The notes below the pieces were generated by a model. It was not told the origin of the DNA. It did not search any database and saw only the letters and a program-made list of their open reading frames with translations. Below are positions 7,608 through 18,044 of a stretch of 32,000 nucleotides of DNA, in pieces. The DNA lies in contig NZ_CP010904.1 in NCBI RefSeq assembly GCF_001017655.1, forward strand, positions 2,040,001-2,072,000. Reading direction: 5' to 3'. The stretch is from Kiritimatiella glycovorans (GTDB lineage Bacteria > Verrucomicrobiota > Kiritimatiellia > Kiritimatiellales > Kiritimatiellaceae). The translations under genes and the position numbers were made by a program. Each line of letters begins with the position of its first letter. Position 1 is the stretch's first letter.

Positions 7608-9101
7608 ATGAGCAGGAACACATATCTCGACTCCTTCATGAAGTCTTTCGAATACATGGGGCTGACGTTCGACGACGTCACCTTGGTGACGCAATACGCC
7701 GATTTCCTTCCCGCCGAAACCGGGCTCGGCGCCGATTTCACGCGCCATATCCGCATGAACATTCCGTTCGTCAGCGCCGCGATGGATACGGTCACCGAGG
7801 CGCCGATGGCCACGGCCATGGCGATGCAGGGCGGAATCGGCGTCATCCACAAGAACCTCGACCCTGCGGAACAGGCCGCCCAGGTCTCGCGGGTCAAGCA
7901 TTACCTCAACGGCCTGATCAATCAACCGATCACCTTCCGCGACTCGAACACGCTCAGGGAGGTGCGCGAGCGACGGGAACGGAAAGGGTACAAGTTCAGC
8001 GGCTTCCCCATCCTCGACGCCGAAGACCGGCTGGCCGGCATCCTCACCTCCCGCGACATGAAATTCGCCTCCGACCCGAACGCGAACGTGAGCGAGCTGA
8101 TGACCCGCGAAGTCATCACGGCCCCCCGCGGCACGTCGCTGCAGGACGCCTATGCCATCATGCGCGGGAACAAGGTCGGCAAGCTTCCGATCGTGGAGGA
8201 CGACGGACATCTGGTCGGGCTCTACAGTTATGCGGACGTGCAGAGTCTGGTCGAAAATGAACGCCCCTTCTATAACCGCGACTCGCATTACCGGCTGCGG
8301 GCCGCCGCGGCCGTGGGCCCCGGCGACGAACTCCGGGTGGAGCAGCTGGCGGAAGAGGATGTCGACGCCCTCGTGGTCGACACGGCCCACGGACACTCCG
8401 AGGGCGTGGTCGCCATGACCCGCTGGATCAAAAAACACTATCCGCATATCGAGGTCGTCGCAGGCAATATCGCCACCGGCCAAGCCGCGCGCGACCTGTG
8501 CGACGCCGGAGCGGATGCCGTCAAGGTCGGGATCGGTCCGGGATCGATCTGCACGACGCGCGTGGTGGCGGGGGTCGGGGTCCCGCAGATTTCGGCCATC
8601 TACGAGGTCGCCCGCGAACTGGACGGCGAGATCCCCGTGATCGCCGACGGCGGAATCCGCCACTCCGGCGATATCGCGAAGGCGCTCGTGGCGGGCGCAA
8701 ACACGGTGATGATGGGCTCGCTGCTCGCCGGCACGGAGGAGAGCCCCGGTGAAAAAATTCTCTACCAGGGACGTCAGTACGTCATTTACCGCGGCATGGG
8801 CAGTCTCGACGCCATGCGCTCGCGCGCGGGCAGCCGCGAACGCTACGGCCTCGGGGATGCGGAGGAAGACGAACTCGTTCCCCAGGGCATCGAGGGTATG
8901 GTTCCCTACGCCGGCACCGTGCAGAAGGTCATGATCCAGTTCTGCGGCGGCCTGCGCTCCAGTCTCGGATACTGCGGCTGCCGCAACCCGGCGGAACTGG
9001 GTGAACGGGGACGGTTCCTGCGGATCACGCCCGCCGGGGTCACCGAGGCCCACCCGCACGATGTGAAGATCACCAAGGAAGCCCCGAATTACCGGAGCTG
9101 A
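7608..9101 (+). CDS. guaB: IMP dehydrogenase (GuaB) with CBS pair
   Basis: ..[29 protein letters not shown].., an internal CBS pair, and the catalytic loop [11 protein letters not shown]. The ATG at 7608 lies 5-6 nt after AAAGAGG; the track starts at GTG 7602. Confidence 0.95.
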   Translation: MSRNTYLDSFMKSFEYMGLTFDDVTLVTQYADFLPAETGLGADFTRHIRMNIPFVSAAMDTVTEAPMATAMAMQGGIGVIHKNLDPAEQAAQVSRVKHYLNGLINQPITFRDSNTLREVRERRERKGYKFSGFPILDAEDRLAGILTSRDMKFASDPNANVSELMTREVITAPRGTSLQDAYAIMRGNKVGKLPIVEDDGHLVGLYSYADVQSLVENERPFYNRDSHYRLRAAAAVGPGDELRVEQLAEEDVDALVVDTAHGHSEGVVAMTRWIKKHYPHIEVVAGNIATGQAARDLCDAGADAVKVGIGPGSICTTRVVAGVGVPQISAIYEVARELDGEIPVIADGGIRHSGDIAKALVAGANTVMMGSLLAGTEESPGEKILYQGRQYVIYRGMGSLDAMRSRAGSRERYGLGDAEEDELVPQGIEGMVPYAGTVQKVMIQFCGGLRSSLGYCGCRNPAELGERGRFLRITPAGVTEAHPHDVKITKEAPNYRS

Positions 9102-9102
9102 A

Positions 9103-9215
9103 GCCACAAAAGGGCACGGGAGAGTTTAAGAGCGGAATCGCCACAAAAAGGCACAAAAAGGGCACAGGAGAATTAAAGAGGGGAATCGCCACAAAAAGGC
9201 ACAAAGGGGCACAAG
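9103..9215 (+). repeat. Three imperfect tandem units (37-48 bp) of GCCACAAAAAGGCACAAA(AA)GGGCAC..AAGAG.GGAATC with 10-bp phased A-tracts
   Basis: Units start at 9103, 9140 and 9188. A-tracts lie at 9145-9149 and 9155-9159, and at 9193-9197 and 9203-9205 (10-bp spacing). The array fills the guaB-nadE spacer on the sense strand. Confidence 0.85.
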
Positions 9216-9257
9216 CCGGATCGCGCCACCCGCTTCCCACAATCCCCTCCCGGCTGC

Positions 9258-10880
9258 ATGAAAATCGGGATCGCTCAGATCAATATGACGGTAGGCGCAT
9301 TGCGCCGCAATGCCGATCGCGTGCTCGAGTACGCCGGGAGGGCGGCTGAAGCGGGAGCGGAGGCCATCCTCTTCCCCGAGCTCGCCGTTTGCGGCTATCC
9401 GCCCGAGGATCTGATTCTCAAGCCGCACTTTCTCCGCGACTGCGCCCGCGAGACGGATCGGGTCCGGGAGCATCTCCCCGCCGGCATCACCGCGCTGGTC
9501 GGGGCGCCGGTGCGCGAAGGGGACGCGATCTACAACGCGGTATCGGTCCTCCGCGACGGATCGGTGCTCGGCATCTACCGGAAAAACCTGCTGCCCAATT
9601 ATGCGGTATTTGATGAGAAGCGGCTCTTCACCGCCGGCGAGGCATCGCTGCTTTTCGATCTCGGCCCGCTGCGGGCCGCCGTGCAGATCTGCGAGGACTC
9701 CTGGTTCCCGGACGGGGCGGCGGTGGCGCGGCTCGCCGACCGGCGGCCGGACGTGGTGCTCAACTGCTCGGCATCCCCCTATCACCGCCGCAAACACCGC
9801 GAACGCGAAGCCACCTTCCGGGCCGTCTCGCAGCGACTCGGGGCGCCGCTGATCTGCTGCAATCTGGCGGGCGGACAGGATGAACTGGTGTTCGACGGCG
9901 GATCGCTGGCGCTCGAACCCGGCGGCGAAGTTCGCTGCCGCGCCCCCCTCTTCCACGAGGACTTCCGCCTGGTAGAACTCGAATCACGCGGCGGGAAGGG
10001 GCTTCGGATCCGGGGCGAATGCGCCCCTGAACTCGACGAACACGAAGAAGTGTACGGGGCGCTGGCCACCGGCCTGCGGGACTATGTCGACAAAAACGGA
10101 TTCCATGCCGTACTGATCTCCGCCAGCGGCGGGATCGACTCCGCCTTCGCCACGGTGCTGGCGGCGGACGCTCTCGGCGCGGATCGGGTCAAAACACTGA
10201 CCATGCCGTCGGCCTACTCCTCCGAAGGCACGCAATCGGACGCCGCCGCCCTGGCGGAAAACCTCGGCACGGAATTCTTCCGCATCCCGATCGGAGAGGC
10301 CTTCGAGTGCTGTGAAAAGACGTTGCGCGGGGTGTGGGGCGAACGCGAACCGGACATCGCCGAAGAAAATATGCAGGCGCGGATCCGCGCGGTCTACGCG
10401 ATGGCCCTGTCGAACAAGTTCGGCTGGCTGCTCCTGAGCACCGGCAATAAGAGCGAACTGGCGACGGGCTACTGCACGCTGTACGGGGACATGGCCGGAG
10501 GGTTCGCGCCGATCAAGGACGTGCCCAAGACCATGCTTTACGCGCTCGCGCGCTGGCGCAACCGGACGCACGGAGCGGTGCTGCCCGAATCCATCCTCAC
10601 CCGGCCGCCCTCCGCGGAGCTGCGCCCGGACCAGAAGGATTCGGACTCGCTGCCGCCCTACGACGAACTCGACCCGATCCTCGAGGGCTACGTCGAACAG
10701 GATCTCGGGATCGATGCGCTCGTCGAGCAGGGATACGACCGGGCGCTCGTGGAGCGTGTGGTGGATTTGGTGGACCGCAGCGAATTCAAGCGCCGGCAGG
10801 GTGTGCCCGGCACGCGCATCACGCCCAAGGCCTTCGGACGCGACCGCCGGCTGCCGATGGTCAACGACTATAGAGGGTAA
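9258..10880 (+). CDS. nadE: Glutamine-dependent NAD+ synthetase (NadE; CN-hydrolase domain plus NAD synthase domain)
   Basis: 540 aa. The N-terminal nitrilase-like domain has MKIGIAQIN..FPEL..CED.W. The C-terminal domain has the PP-loop ISASGGIDSA and ..LLSTGNKSELATGYCTLYGDM... Confidence 0.93.
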   Translation: MKIGIAQINMTVGALRRNADRVLEYAGRAAEAGAEAILFPELAVCGYPPEDLILKPHFLRDCARETDRVREHLPAGITALVGAPVREGDAIYNAVSVLRDGSVLGIYRKNLLPNYAVFDEKRLFTAGEASLLFDLGPLRAAVQICEDSWFPDGAAVARLADRRPDVVLNCSASPYHRRKHREREATFRAVSQRLGAPLICCNLAGGQDELVFDGGSLALEPGGEVRCRAPLFHEDFRLVELESRGGKGLRIRGECAPELDEHEEVYGALATGLRDYVDKNGFHAVLISASGGIDSAFATVLAADALGADRVKTLTMPSAYSSEGTQSDAAALAENLGTEFFRIPIGEAFECCEKTLRGVWGEREPDIAEENMQARIRAVYAMALSNKFGWLLLSTGNKSELATGYCTLYGDMAGGFAPIKDVPKTMLYALARWRNRTHGAVLPESILTRPPSAELRPDQKDSDSLPPYDELDPILEGYVEQDLGIDALVEQGYDRALVERVVDLVDRSEFKRRQGVPGTRITPKAFGRDRRLPMVNDYRG

Positions 10881-10963
10881 GCGGAAAACGGGGTCCGCCT
10901 GCTTCAGGCCCCCGCCGCTCCCCGAAGGCCGGAACAGATTCGTCACACCGCGTACATACCGAA

Positions 10964-13003
10964 TCAGGCGGACTGATCCTTCTCCTGCCGGGCCTGTTCA
11001 ATGACCTGCTGGGCCACGTTGCCCGGAACGCGCTCGTAGCGGTCGAAGTGCATATCAAACGTGCCCTGCCCCGCGGTCAGGCTCCGCAGTTCCGAGCAGA
11101 ACTTGAACATCTCGGCCTGGGGCACGTCGGCGGTGATGATCTGCATGCCTTCCTCGGCGCCCATGCCGAGAATCCGGCCGCGTTTGCTGTTGAGCACGCC
11201 GGTGATATCGCCCATGTACTGCTCGGGCACCATGACGCGCACATGCATAATGGGTTCGAGCAGCACGGGCTTCGCCTTCTCGAGGGCCTCGTGCAGCGCA
11301 CGCGAGCCGGCGATCTTGAACGCCACCTCCGAAGAGTCCACGTCGTGATACGATCCGTCGTACAACTCGACCTTCACATTGATCACCTCGGCCCCGACCA
11401 TGGGTCCCTGCTGCAGGCCCTCGACAAATCCCTTCTCGCATGCGGGGACGAAATTACTGGGGATGGCGCCGCCGACGATCGCGTTATGGAACCACTCTTC
11501 GTCGGAGGGGTCGCGCGGCGCGACGCGCACATAGCACTCGCCGAACTGGCCGCGTCCACCCGACTGTTTCTTGTGGCGGTAGTGGCCCTCACCGTTCCCT
11601 GTGATCGTCTCCTTGTACGCCACTTTCGGCGTGTGGTGATCAAGCTCCACATTACTGCGGTCGCGGATACGCTCGAGGGTGACCTCCAGGTGCATATCGC
11701 CCATGCCCCACATCACGGTCTCGTGCGTTTCGCGCGTGCGCTCGATGAAGATCGAGGGGTCTTCCTCCGCCGCGCGCTGGAGGGCGATCCCCAGTTTATC
11801 CTCCTCGCCCCGGTTCTTCGGGAACAGGGCGTAGGCGGCCACCGGATGGGGGAACTCGATCGGCTTGAAGGTCACCTTGTGCGCAGGGTCGCAGAGGGTG
11901 TCGTTCAGCTCCGTATTCTTGAGCTTGGCCAGCGCTACGATGTCCCCGGCCTTCGCCTCCTGCACCGCGTCCTGCTTGCGGCCGTTAATATAGAGCATCG
12001 ATCCGAGCCGCTCTTTCTGGTCCTTGGCCACGTTGAGCGCCTCGGCATTGAGTTTGAACGTCCCGCTGTAGACGCGGAGAAAATTGAGATGGCCCACGTA
12101 GGGATCGTTGACACAGCGCCACACCAGGCCCGCGAACGGCGCGTCTTCCCCCGTCGGAATCTCATGACCCTCAGCGTCGTGGACCACGATATCCTCCGGC
12201 GAGGGAAAGAGCCGCCCGATCGTCTCGAGCAGCGCATGGACGCCCTTGCCCGTCTTGGGGCAGGCCGCCAGCACCGGGATCACCCCTCCGTGCGCGACGG
12301 CCCAGCGCAGCCCTTCGCCGATCTCTTCGGCGCTGAGCGGCTCGTCGGCGAGATACTTCTCGATCAGTTCGTCCCGGGTCTCCGCCGCGCTCTCGACCAG
12401 CCGTCCCTTGAGATCGGACACCCGTCCGGACACCTCATCGGGCAGCGAGGAGGGATCGGCATCCAGCACGTCGATCGTATCTTCCATCCCGTTCACGGGC
12501 AGGACCACGGGCTCGCAACGCTCGCCCCAGACCTCCTGGATCGAAGCCAGCGTCTGTTCGAAATCCGTGTTCTCCTTGTCGAGCCCGGTCACCACGATCG
12601 CGCGCGGCTTGTTCTGCTTTTCGCACAGCCGCCAGGCACGGGTCGTGCCGACCTGGATGCCCGAGGCGGCATCGATGACGATCAGGGCGGCATCGGTCAC
12701 GGCGGCCGCGGAGTGGAGCTGTCCGGTAAAATCGGCGAAGCCGGGCGTATCGACCACGACCAGACGGCGGGTGCGGCCGCTTTTCCCTTGAAAGGTGCCG
12801 TCGAAGGGCTTGGCCCAGATGCTGATCTCGTGGCGCTTTTCCTCTTCCGTCCAGTCGGCGTTGCTCGTGCCGTCCTCCGGCGAGCCGGCGCGCTCGACGA
12901 CCCCCATGTCGGCCAGAATCGAATCGATGAGTGTAGTCTTACCGCAGCCCGTGTGTCCCATGAATGCCACGTTGCGAACGTCCGTCACCGGAATATCTTT
13001 CAT
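10964..13003 (-). CDS. Elongation factor G family GTPase (stand-alone EF-G paralogue)
   Basis: From the ATG at 13003 (GAGGAGAGGG SD upstream): ..NVAFMGHTGCGKTTLIDSIL.. (G1), VVVDTPGFADF (G3), TGLDKEN (G4-like) and the domain IV loop HKKQSGGRGQFG. It is not next to rpsL/rpsG/tuf. Confidence 0.9.
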   Translation of the reverse strand: MKDIPVTDVRNVAFMGHTGCGKTTLIDSILADMGVVERAGSPEDGTSNADWTEEEKRHEISIWAKPFDGTFQGKSGRTRRLVVVDTPGFADFTGQLHSAAAVTDAALIVIDAASGIQVGTTRAWRLCEKQNKPRAIVVTGLDKENTDFEQTLASIQEVWGERCEPVVLPVNGMEDTIDVLDADPSSLPDEVSGRVSDLKGRLVESAAETRDELIEKYLADEPLSAEEIGEGLRWAVAHGGVIPVLAACPKTGKGVHALLETIGRLFPSPEDIVVHDAEGHEIPTGEDAPFAGLVWRCVNDPYVGHLNFLRVYSGTFKLNAEALNVAKDQKERLGSMLYINGRKQDAVQEAKAGDIVALAKLKNTELNDTLCDPAHKVTFKPIEFPHPVAAYALFPKNRGEEDKLGIALQRAAEEDPSIFIERTRETHETVMWGMGDMHLEVTLERIRDRSNVELDHHTPKVAYKETITGNGEGHYRHKKQSGGRGQFGECYVRVAPRDPSDEEWFHNAIVGGAIPSNFVPACEKGFVEGLQQGPMVGAEVINVKVELYDGSYHDVDSSEVAFKIAGSRALHEALEKAKPVLLEPIMHVRVMVPEQYMGDITGVLNSKRGRILGMGAEEGMQIITADVPQAEMFKFCSELRSLTAGQGTFDMHFDRYERVPGNVAQQVIEQARQEKDQSA

Positions 13004-13150
13004 CGGTATGCCCTCTCCTCGCTGATTCGATTCCCACAACACAAAACGCACCGTGGCAAGCGGCGCGCCAAAGGTCGACACCGTAAGGATTTCCGGCCGC
13101 AGTCGTCAATCTTTTAGCATCTACAGGATTTATTCCTTAAGGCAGGGACC

Positions 13151-13235
13151 GATTACGCGTACGCGTACGAGTACGAATTATGTTCTCTCTGAATCCCGAT
13201 TTCGACTTCGATCCGGATTTCGAGATCCCATCCGT
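13151..13235 (-). repeat. Dispersed intergenic repeat, copy 2: hexamer-periodic arrays (GATTAC GCGTAC GCGTAC GAGTAC ... CGATTT CGACTT CGATCC GGATTT CGAGAT) around the shared GAACATAATTCGTACTCGTACG core
   Basis: The reverse complement of 13164-13185 is identical (22 of 22) to 24222-24243. The hexamer phase was read directly from the sequence. Confidence 0.85.
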
Positions 13236-13345
13236 GTCATCGGTAATCCGTGGTCGAAAACTCAAGAAAGGTCTCTCGCCAAGGCGCCGGGATCGCAAAG
13301 AGGAATGAGAAGAGCACAGGCAAAGAAATCGTGCGCTCTCTCTTG

Positions 13346-13444
13346 CGTTCGTAGTAGGCCCGCAGACCCGCGAAGCAGGGCCAGGGCCGTTATCTTCACG
13401 CGCCTTGCCTGCCGGGGGGCAGACTTGCGGCGCTACTACGAACG
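13346..13444. other. About 100-nt imperfect stem-loop closed by a perfect 12-bp stem (CGTTCGTAGTAG / CTACTACGAACG), with an inner CTGCC-GGGG-GGCAG hairpin
   Basis: Inverted repeat 13346-13357 against 13433-13444, and an inner hairpin at 13409-13422. It lies in a roughly 575-bp stretch with no credible ORF, between the lipoprotein gene and the EF-G paralogue. Confidence 0.5.
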
Positions 13445-13577
13445 TTTGTCGTCTCCCATCCCGCCTCCTCCCCAAACGGCTCCACCACAAAAAGCCGCGA
13501 ATCACCAGGGCAAATCGCGCCCTCAAAGGGGATACTGAGAACCGTTCCAGCCAACAGGATTCCGGTAGTTCCATCTT

Positions 13578-14198
13578 CTACGGGCGGGGCGCGAAGACCA
13601 TGGGGTCGCGGAAGAGTTCCGCGCCGTTCCGGTGCGAAGCGATGGCTGCCCGCAGCTTGCGTGCCGAGTCGACGTCCGTCGGCACCGCATCTTTACTCAG
13701 CAGCCGGACCTGCAGCTTGCCTTCCACAAGCTCATACGCGGCGTACTGGTACACCCGCCCTCCCTCGGGCATCGACCCGTCGGCCGCGCCGAGCCAGCGA
13801 AGCTGCACCAGCTCCACCCCGGCGGGCTCCACGTGGTGAGCGCGGGCATAGATCGCGTCAGAACCCGAAGGATCGAACACCACCAGGTACGTCTTTTCAT
13901 TCAACGGCAGGACGGTCAGCCGGTCGACGTCGCCACCCGCTTTCACCGATTCCCAGGCACCGGTCAGGCCGGGATCTCTTGCACTCGAAGGCTTGTCCGA
14001 AAGCGATACGGTGTACTCGCAGGCGCTGAGCAGGCATGCCACAAGAACCACCGATGCGAGCGTGCCGAACAGCCGTACGAAAAGCTTAACGTTCCTGCGC
14101 ACCCGTTCCGTTCCGTTCCGCCCCGACCCGCGTGAACCGGCAGACGTACATCCGTTCCCGCACCATTCAAACGCGCTTTTGCTGTCTTCGTGTCTCAT
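13578..14198 (-). CDS. Putative lipoprotein, function unknown
   Basis: Signal peptide plus lipobox ..KLFVRLFGTLASVVLVACLLSAC. The ATG at 14198 has a strong AGGAGG SD 7 nt upstream, but leaves about 35 residues before the signal peptide. An in-frame GTG at 14102 would give a canonical lipoprotein N-terminus (M-RRNVKLF..). Confidence 0.65.
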   Translation of the reverse strand: MRHEDSKSAFEWCGNGCTSAGSRGSGRNGTERVRRNVKLFVRLFGTLASVVLVACLLSACEYTVSLSDKPSSARDPGLTGAWESVKAGGDVDRLTVLPLNEKTYLVVFDPSGSDAIYARAHHVEPAGVELVQLRWLGAADGSMPEGGRVYQYAAYELVEGKLQVRLLSKDAVPTDVDSARKLRAAIASHRNGAELFRDPMVFAPRP

Positions 14199-14216
14199 GG
14201 GTTTTCCTCCTGTTTT

Positions 14217-15305
14217 TCAACCGGCTGCAGTGTCCTCCATGAAATCGGGCGGCCGGTCCGTCGCCCGCCGGATCAGGCCGGGGATGCGTTCCGCATCGAA
14301 GCCGATCCAGTACACCCGCCATTTCTCCACCGCATGACGTCCGTCGGCGAGGCGGTCATACCACTGGTTCACCGGATTGCCCCGGTGCGAGCGCCAGAAC
14401 AGTGCCGCATGGCTGCGCCGGACCTCGCGCCACAGTTCCTGTGCGATCCCCTCGCCCCGGGCCTCCGCGCCGACGGCGAACTTGGAGAGGTAGCATCCTT
14501 CGGGGAGCGTCTCGAGCACGACCGCGCCTCGGTAGTCCTGTTCGAGGTAGCACTCGGCGCATTGATCGAGAATCGCGGGATCGCGCAGCGGACGCCCGAA
14601 GCTCTGCTCGAGCAGGGCCGCCAGACGGGCGCGGTCCACGCCTTCCAGTCCTTCATGCCGGACGATGACGCTCCCGCGCCGGACGACCGTGCCCGCACCG
14701 CGCACGGTAAAGATCTCCGGCAGGAGATGAATAGGGGACGTGAATGAAATGTGCAGGTCCGGACGACGCTCCAGAAGCTCCGTCGCCGTCCGCGCCGCCG
14801 GCTGGTCGCTCTCGCTCACCTGTACGCCGTTCTCCCGGGCGGTATAGAGGTAGAGAATTTCGCGCCCGCCCGCGTCGCGCAGCCCGCCCGCACTGCGCAG
14901 GAAATGGATCCGGGTGGCCGAAGAGGTCAGCGTCTCTCCGATCGCCTCCTCCATCCCGGCCTCTTCGCGCACGAAAACCGGAATGAGACCTTCCGCCGCC
15001 ACCGCATCGAATTGCGCCGGGTCCCCGACGCGCCGGAATGGCGGCTCGCCGTGGCCTTCGAGCCGCGACCAGGCCTCTTCGGCTCCGGGTCCGGCCAGCA
15101 GGAGCGCGGGCATCAATTCGAGACGCGTGAGAAAATGGAGGTCGAACGCCAGCATCTCGCCCGCTTCCCCGATCAGCCGCGGTTCGGGCACGAGCAGGGC
15201 GAAACAGCGCCCCCCGGCCGAGCGGAATTTCTCGAGGTAGAACTCGTATTCCTCCCGGCGGCCGATGCCGTCGAGGAACAACCGGATGGTCTTGTCGAGC
15301 AACAT
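14217..15305 (-). CDS. N-acetylglutamate synthase of the vertebrate/fungal-like type (amino-acid-kinase-like domain plus NAT/DUF619 acetyltransferase domain)
   Basis: The C-terminal ..YLSKFAVGAEARGEGIAQELW....LFWRSHRGNPVNQWYDRLADG....WRVYWIG matches my memory of the DUF619/NAT signature (..FWRSR..NP.N.WYF..SDG). The N-terminal ..IRLFLDGIGRREEYEFYLEKF.. resembles the start of the NAGS AAK domain. The ATG at 15305 is preferred over the track start at 15356. Confidence 0.7.
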   Translation of the reverse strand: MLLDKTIRLFLDGIGRREEYEFYLEKFRSAGGRCFALLVPEPRLIGEAGEMLAFDLHFLTRLELMPALLLAGPGAEEAWSRLEGHGEPPFRRVGDPAQFDAVAAEGLIPVFVREEAGMEEAIGETLTSSATRIHFLRSAGGLRDAGGREILYLYTARENGVQVSESDQPAARTATELLERRPDLHISFTSPIHLLPEIFTVRGAGTVVRRGSVIVRHEGLEGVDRARLAALLEQSFGRPLRDPAILDQCAECYLEQDYRGAVVLETLPEGCYLSKFAVGAEARGEGIAQELWREVRRSHAALFWRSHRGNPVNQWYDRLADGRHAVEKWRVYWIGFDAERIPGLIRRATDRPPDFMEDTAAG

Positions 15306-15399
15306 GGCCGTGATGATAGCACGGGGCGGGTCGCGGAACAATCGCCGCGCCGCCACGGCGCGGGATTATTTCGCGTTCCGCGTATGCGTGAGGAGGCGC

Positions 15400-16649
<1,250 letters not shown>

Positions 16650-16654
16650 CATCC

Positions 16655-18031
16655 GTGAATCCCGCACTCAGGCTCTGGCAGCGGTTTCTCAAGACGCCCT
16701 CGCGGGTCCCCGTAGCCGGCTTTGCGCTCCTGATCGTCCTCGGCACCCTGGCGCTCTCCCTCCCGGCGGCTACGCTCGCGGAGGGTCGGCTCGCGCTGGA
16801 GGACGCGGTATTCACCGCGACTTCCGCGGTCTGCGTCACGGGACTGGTCGTGCGCGATACCGCGCTCGATTTCACCCTGTACGGACAGCTCGTGATCCTG
16901 GCGCTGATTCAGGTCGGCGGCATCGGCATCATGTCGATCTCCACCCTCTTCCTGCTGCTGGTCCGCCGGCGCACGGGGATGACGGAGCGGGTCGTGCTGC
17001 GCGACTTCTACACCCACACGGGGGAGTACAGTTCGAAGGCGATCCTGATCCACGTCACGAAATTCACCTTCGCGGCCGAGACCCTCGGCGCCCTGCTCCT
17101 CTACGGCCGTTTCATGAACGGATACCCGCCGCACCAGGCCCTCTATCTCTCGGTGTTCCACTCGGTGAGCGCCTTCTGCAACGCCGGCTTCTCGCTGTTT
17201 TCCGACAGCTTCATCAATTACGTCGACGACCCGGTCGTAAACCTCACGCTTGCGGGCCTGATTATCGCGGGCGGTCTCGGGTTCCTGGTGGTGGCGGAGC
17301 TGCAGGCGGGCGCGCGCCGCAAGCCGCACCGCTGGCGGCGGCTCAGCCTGCACACGAAGCTGGTACTGACCTCGACCGCGGTCCTGATCGCCGCCGCTAC
17401 GACCCTGATCTTTTCCATGGAAAGGGGCAACACGCTGCTTCCGCTCGAACCCGCCGACCGCCTCATGGCCTCGTTCTTCCAGGCGGTCAGCTGCCGCACG
17501 GCCGGATTCAACACCCTGGATATCGGGGGCATGACCAACGAGACCCTCTTCTCGCTGATGATTCTGATGTTCATCGGCGCGGCTCCGGGTTCGTGCGGGG
17601 GGGGGATCAAGGTCACCACCGCAGCCGTACTGGTCATGCTGGGGTGGTTCAGTCTCCGCGGGCGCACCTCCCCCCGGGTCTTCCGCCGGACGATCCCCGA
17701 GGAAAGCGTCTACCGCGCGCTCAGTCTTTTCATCGTCGGTATCGTGGTCGTCGCCGCGGGTACGGTCGCCCTGCAGATCACCGAACTCGCCGGCGTCCCC
17801 CACTCCGAATCGCACGGCCGCTTCCTTGAGCTTGCCTTCGAGGCGGTCAGCGCGTTCGGAACGGTGGGTCTGTCCACGGGACTCACCGCCTCGCTGTCCG
17901 CCGCGGGCAAGGGGGTCATCACGATCCTGATGTTCGTCGGCCGGCTCGGCCCCCTCGCAATTGCCCTTGCGATCAGCCGTTCACGCCCCGCATATTACCG
18001 CTACGCCGAAGAGACCATCATGATCGGATAA
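16655..18031 (+). CDS. ktrB: K+ transporter membrane subunit, TrkH/KtrB family
   Basis: 458-aa polytopic protein with repeated selectivity-filter-like segments (..TATSAVCVTGL.., ..SAFCNAGFS.., ..SCRTAGFNT.., ..SAFGTVGLSTG..). It uses a GTG start 5 nt after the leuB stop and is followed by ktrA. Confidence 0.88.
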   Translation: MNPALRLWQRFLKTPSRVPVAGFALLIVLGTLALSLPAATLAEGRLALEDAVFTATSAVCVTGLVVRDTALDFTLYGQLVILALIQVGGIGIMSISTLFLLLVRRRTGMTERVVLRDFYTHTGEYSSKAILIHVTKFTFAAETLGALLLYGRFMNGYPPHQALYLSVFHSVSAFCNAGFSLFSDSFINYVDDPVVNLTLAGLIIAGGLGFLVVAELQAGARRKPHRWRRLSLHTKLVLTSTAVLIAAATTLIFSMERGNTLLPLEPADRLMASFFQAVSCRTAGFNTLDIGGMTNETLFSLMILMFIGAAPGSCGGGIKVTTAAVLVMLGWFSLRGRTSPRVFRRTIPEESVYRALSLFIVGIVVVAAGTVALQITELAGVPHSESHGRFLELAFEAVSAFGTVGLSTGLTASLSAAGKGVITILMFVGRLGPLAIALAISRSRPAYYRYAEETIMIG

Positions 18032-18044
18032 GGGAGAGAGGCCC

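Noticed and set aside
7446-9107. 553-aa ORF on the reverse strand spanning the whole of guaB. Similar cases are 11048-13117 opposite the EF-G paralogue, 26914-28962 opposite tkt, and 9984-10946 opposite nadE.
   Set aside because: These are mirror-image ORFs, typical of high-GC genes. Their translations are Arg/Gly/Ala/Pro/His-rich with no recognisable motif, while the opposite strand encodes proteins with unambiguous catalytic signatures.
9103-9215. The tandem repeats here, at 19358-19457, and in the hexamer arrays, considered as possible CRISPR arrays.
   Set aside because: The units are contiguous or degenerate, with no unique spacers of regular length. There are at most three units, no cas genes are in the window, and the repeat lengths (6 or about 35-48 bp without spacers) do not fit.
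13346-13444. The stem-loop considered as SRP (4.5S) RNA or 6S RNA.
   Set aside because: I could not find the conserved SRP domain IV pattern (GGAA tetraloop closed by a short helix, with the AGCA-containing symmetric loop) on either strand. A 6S assignment cannot be supported without covariance-model scoring.
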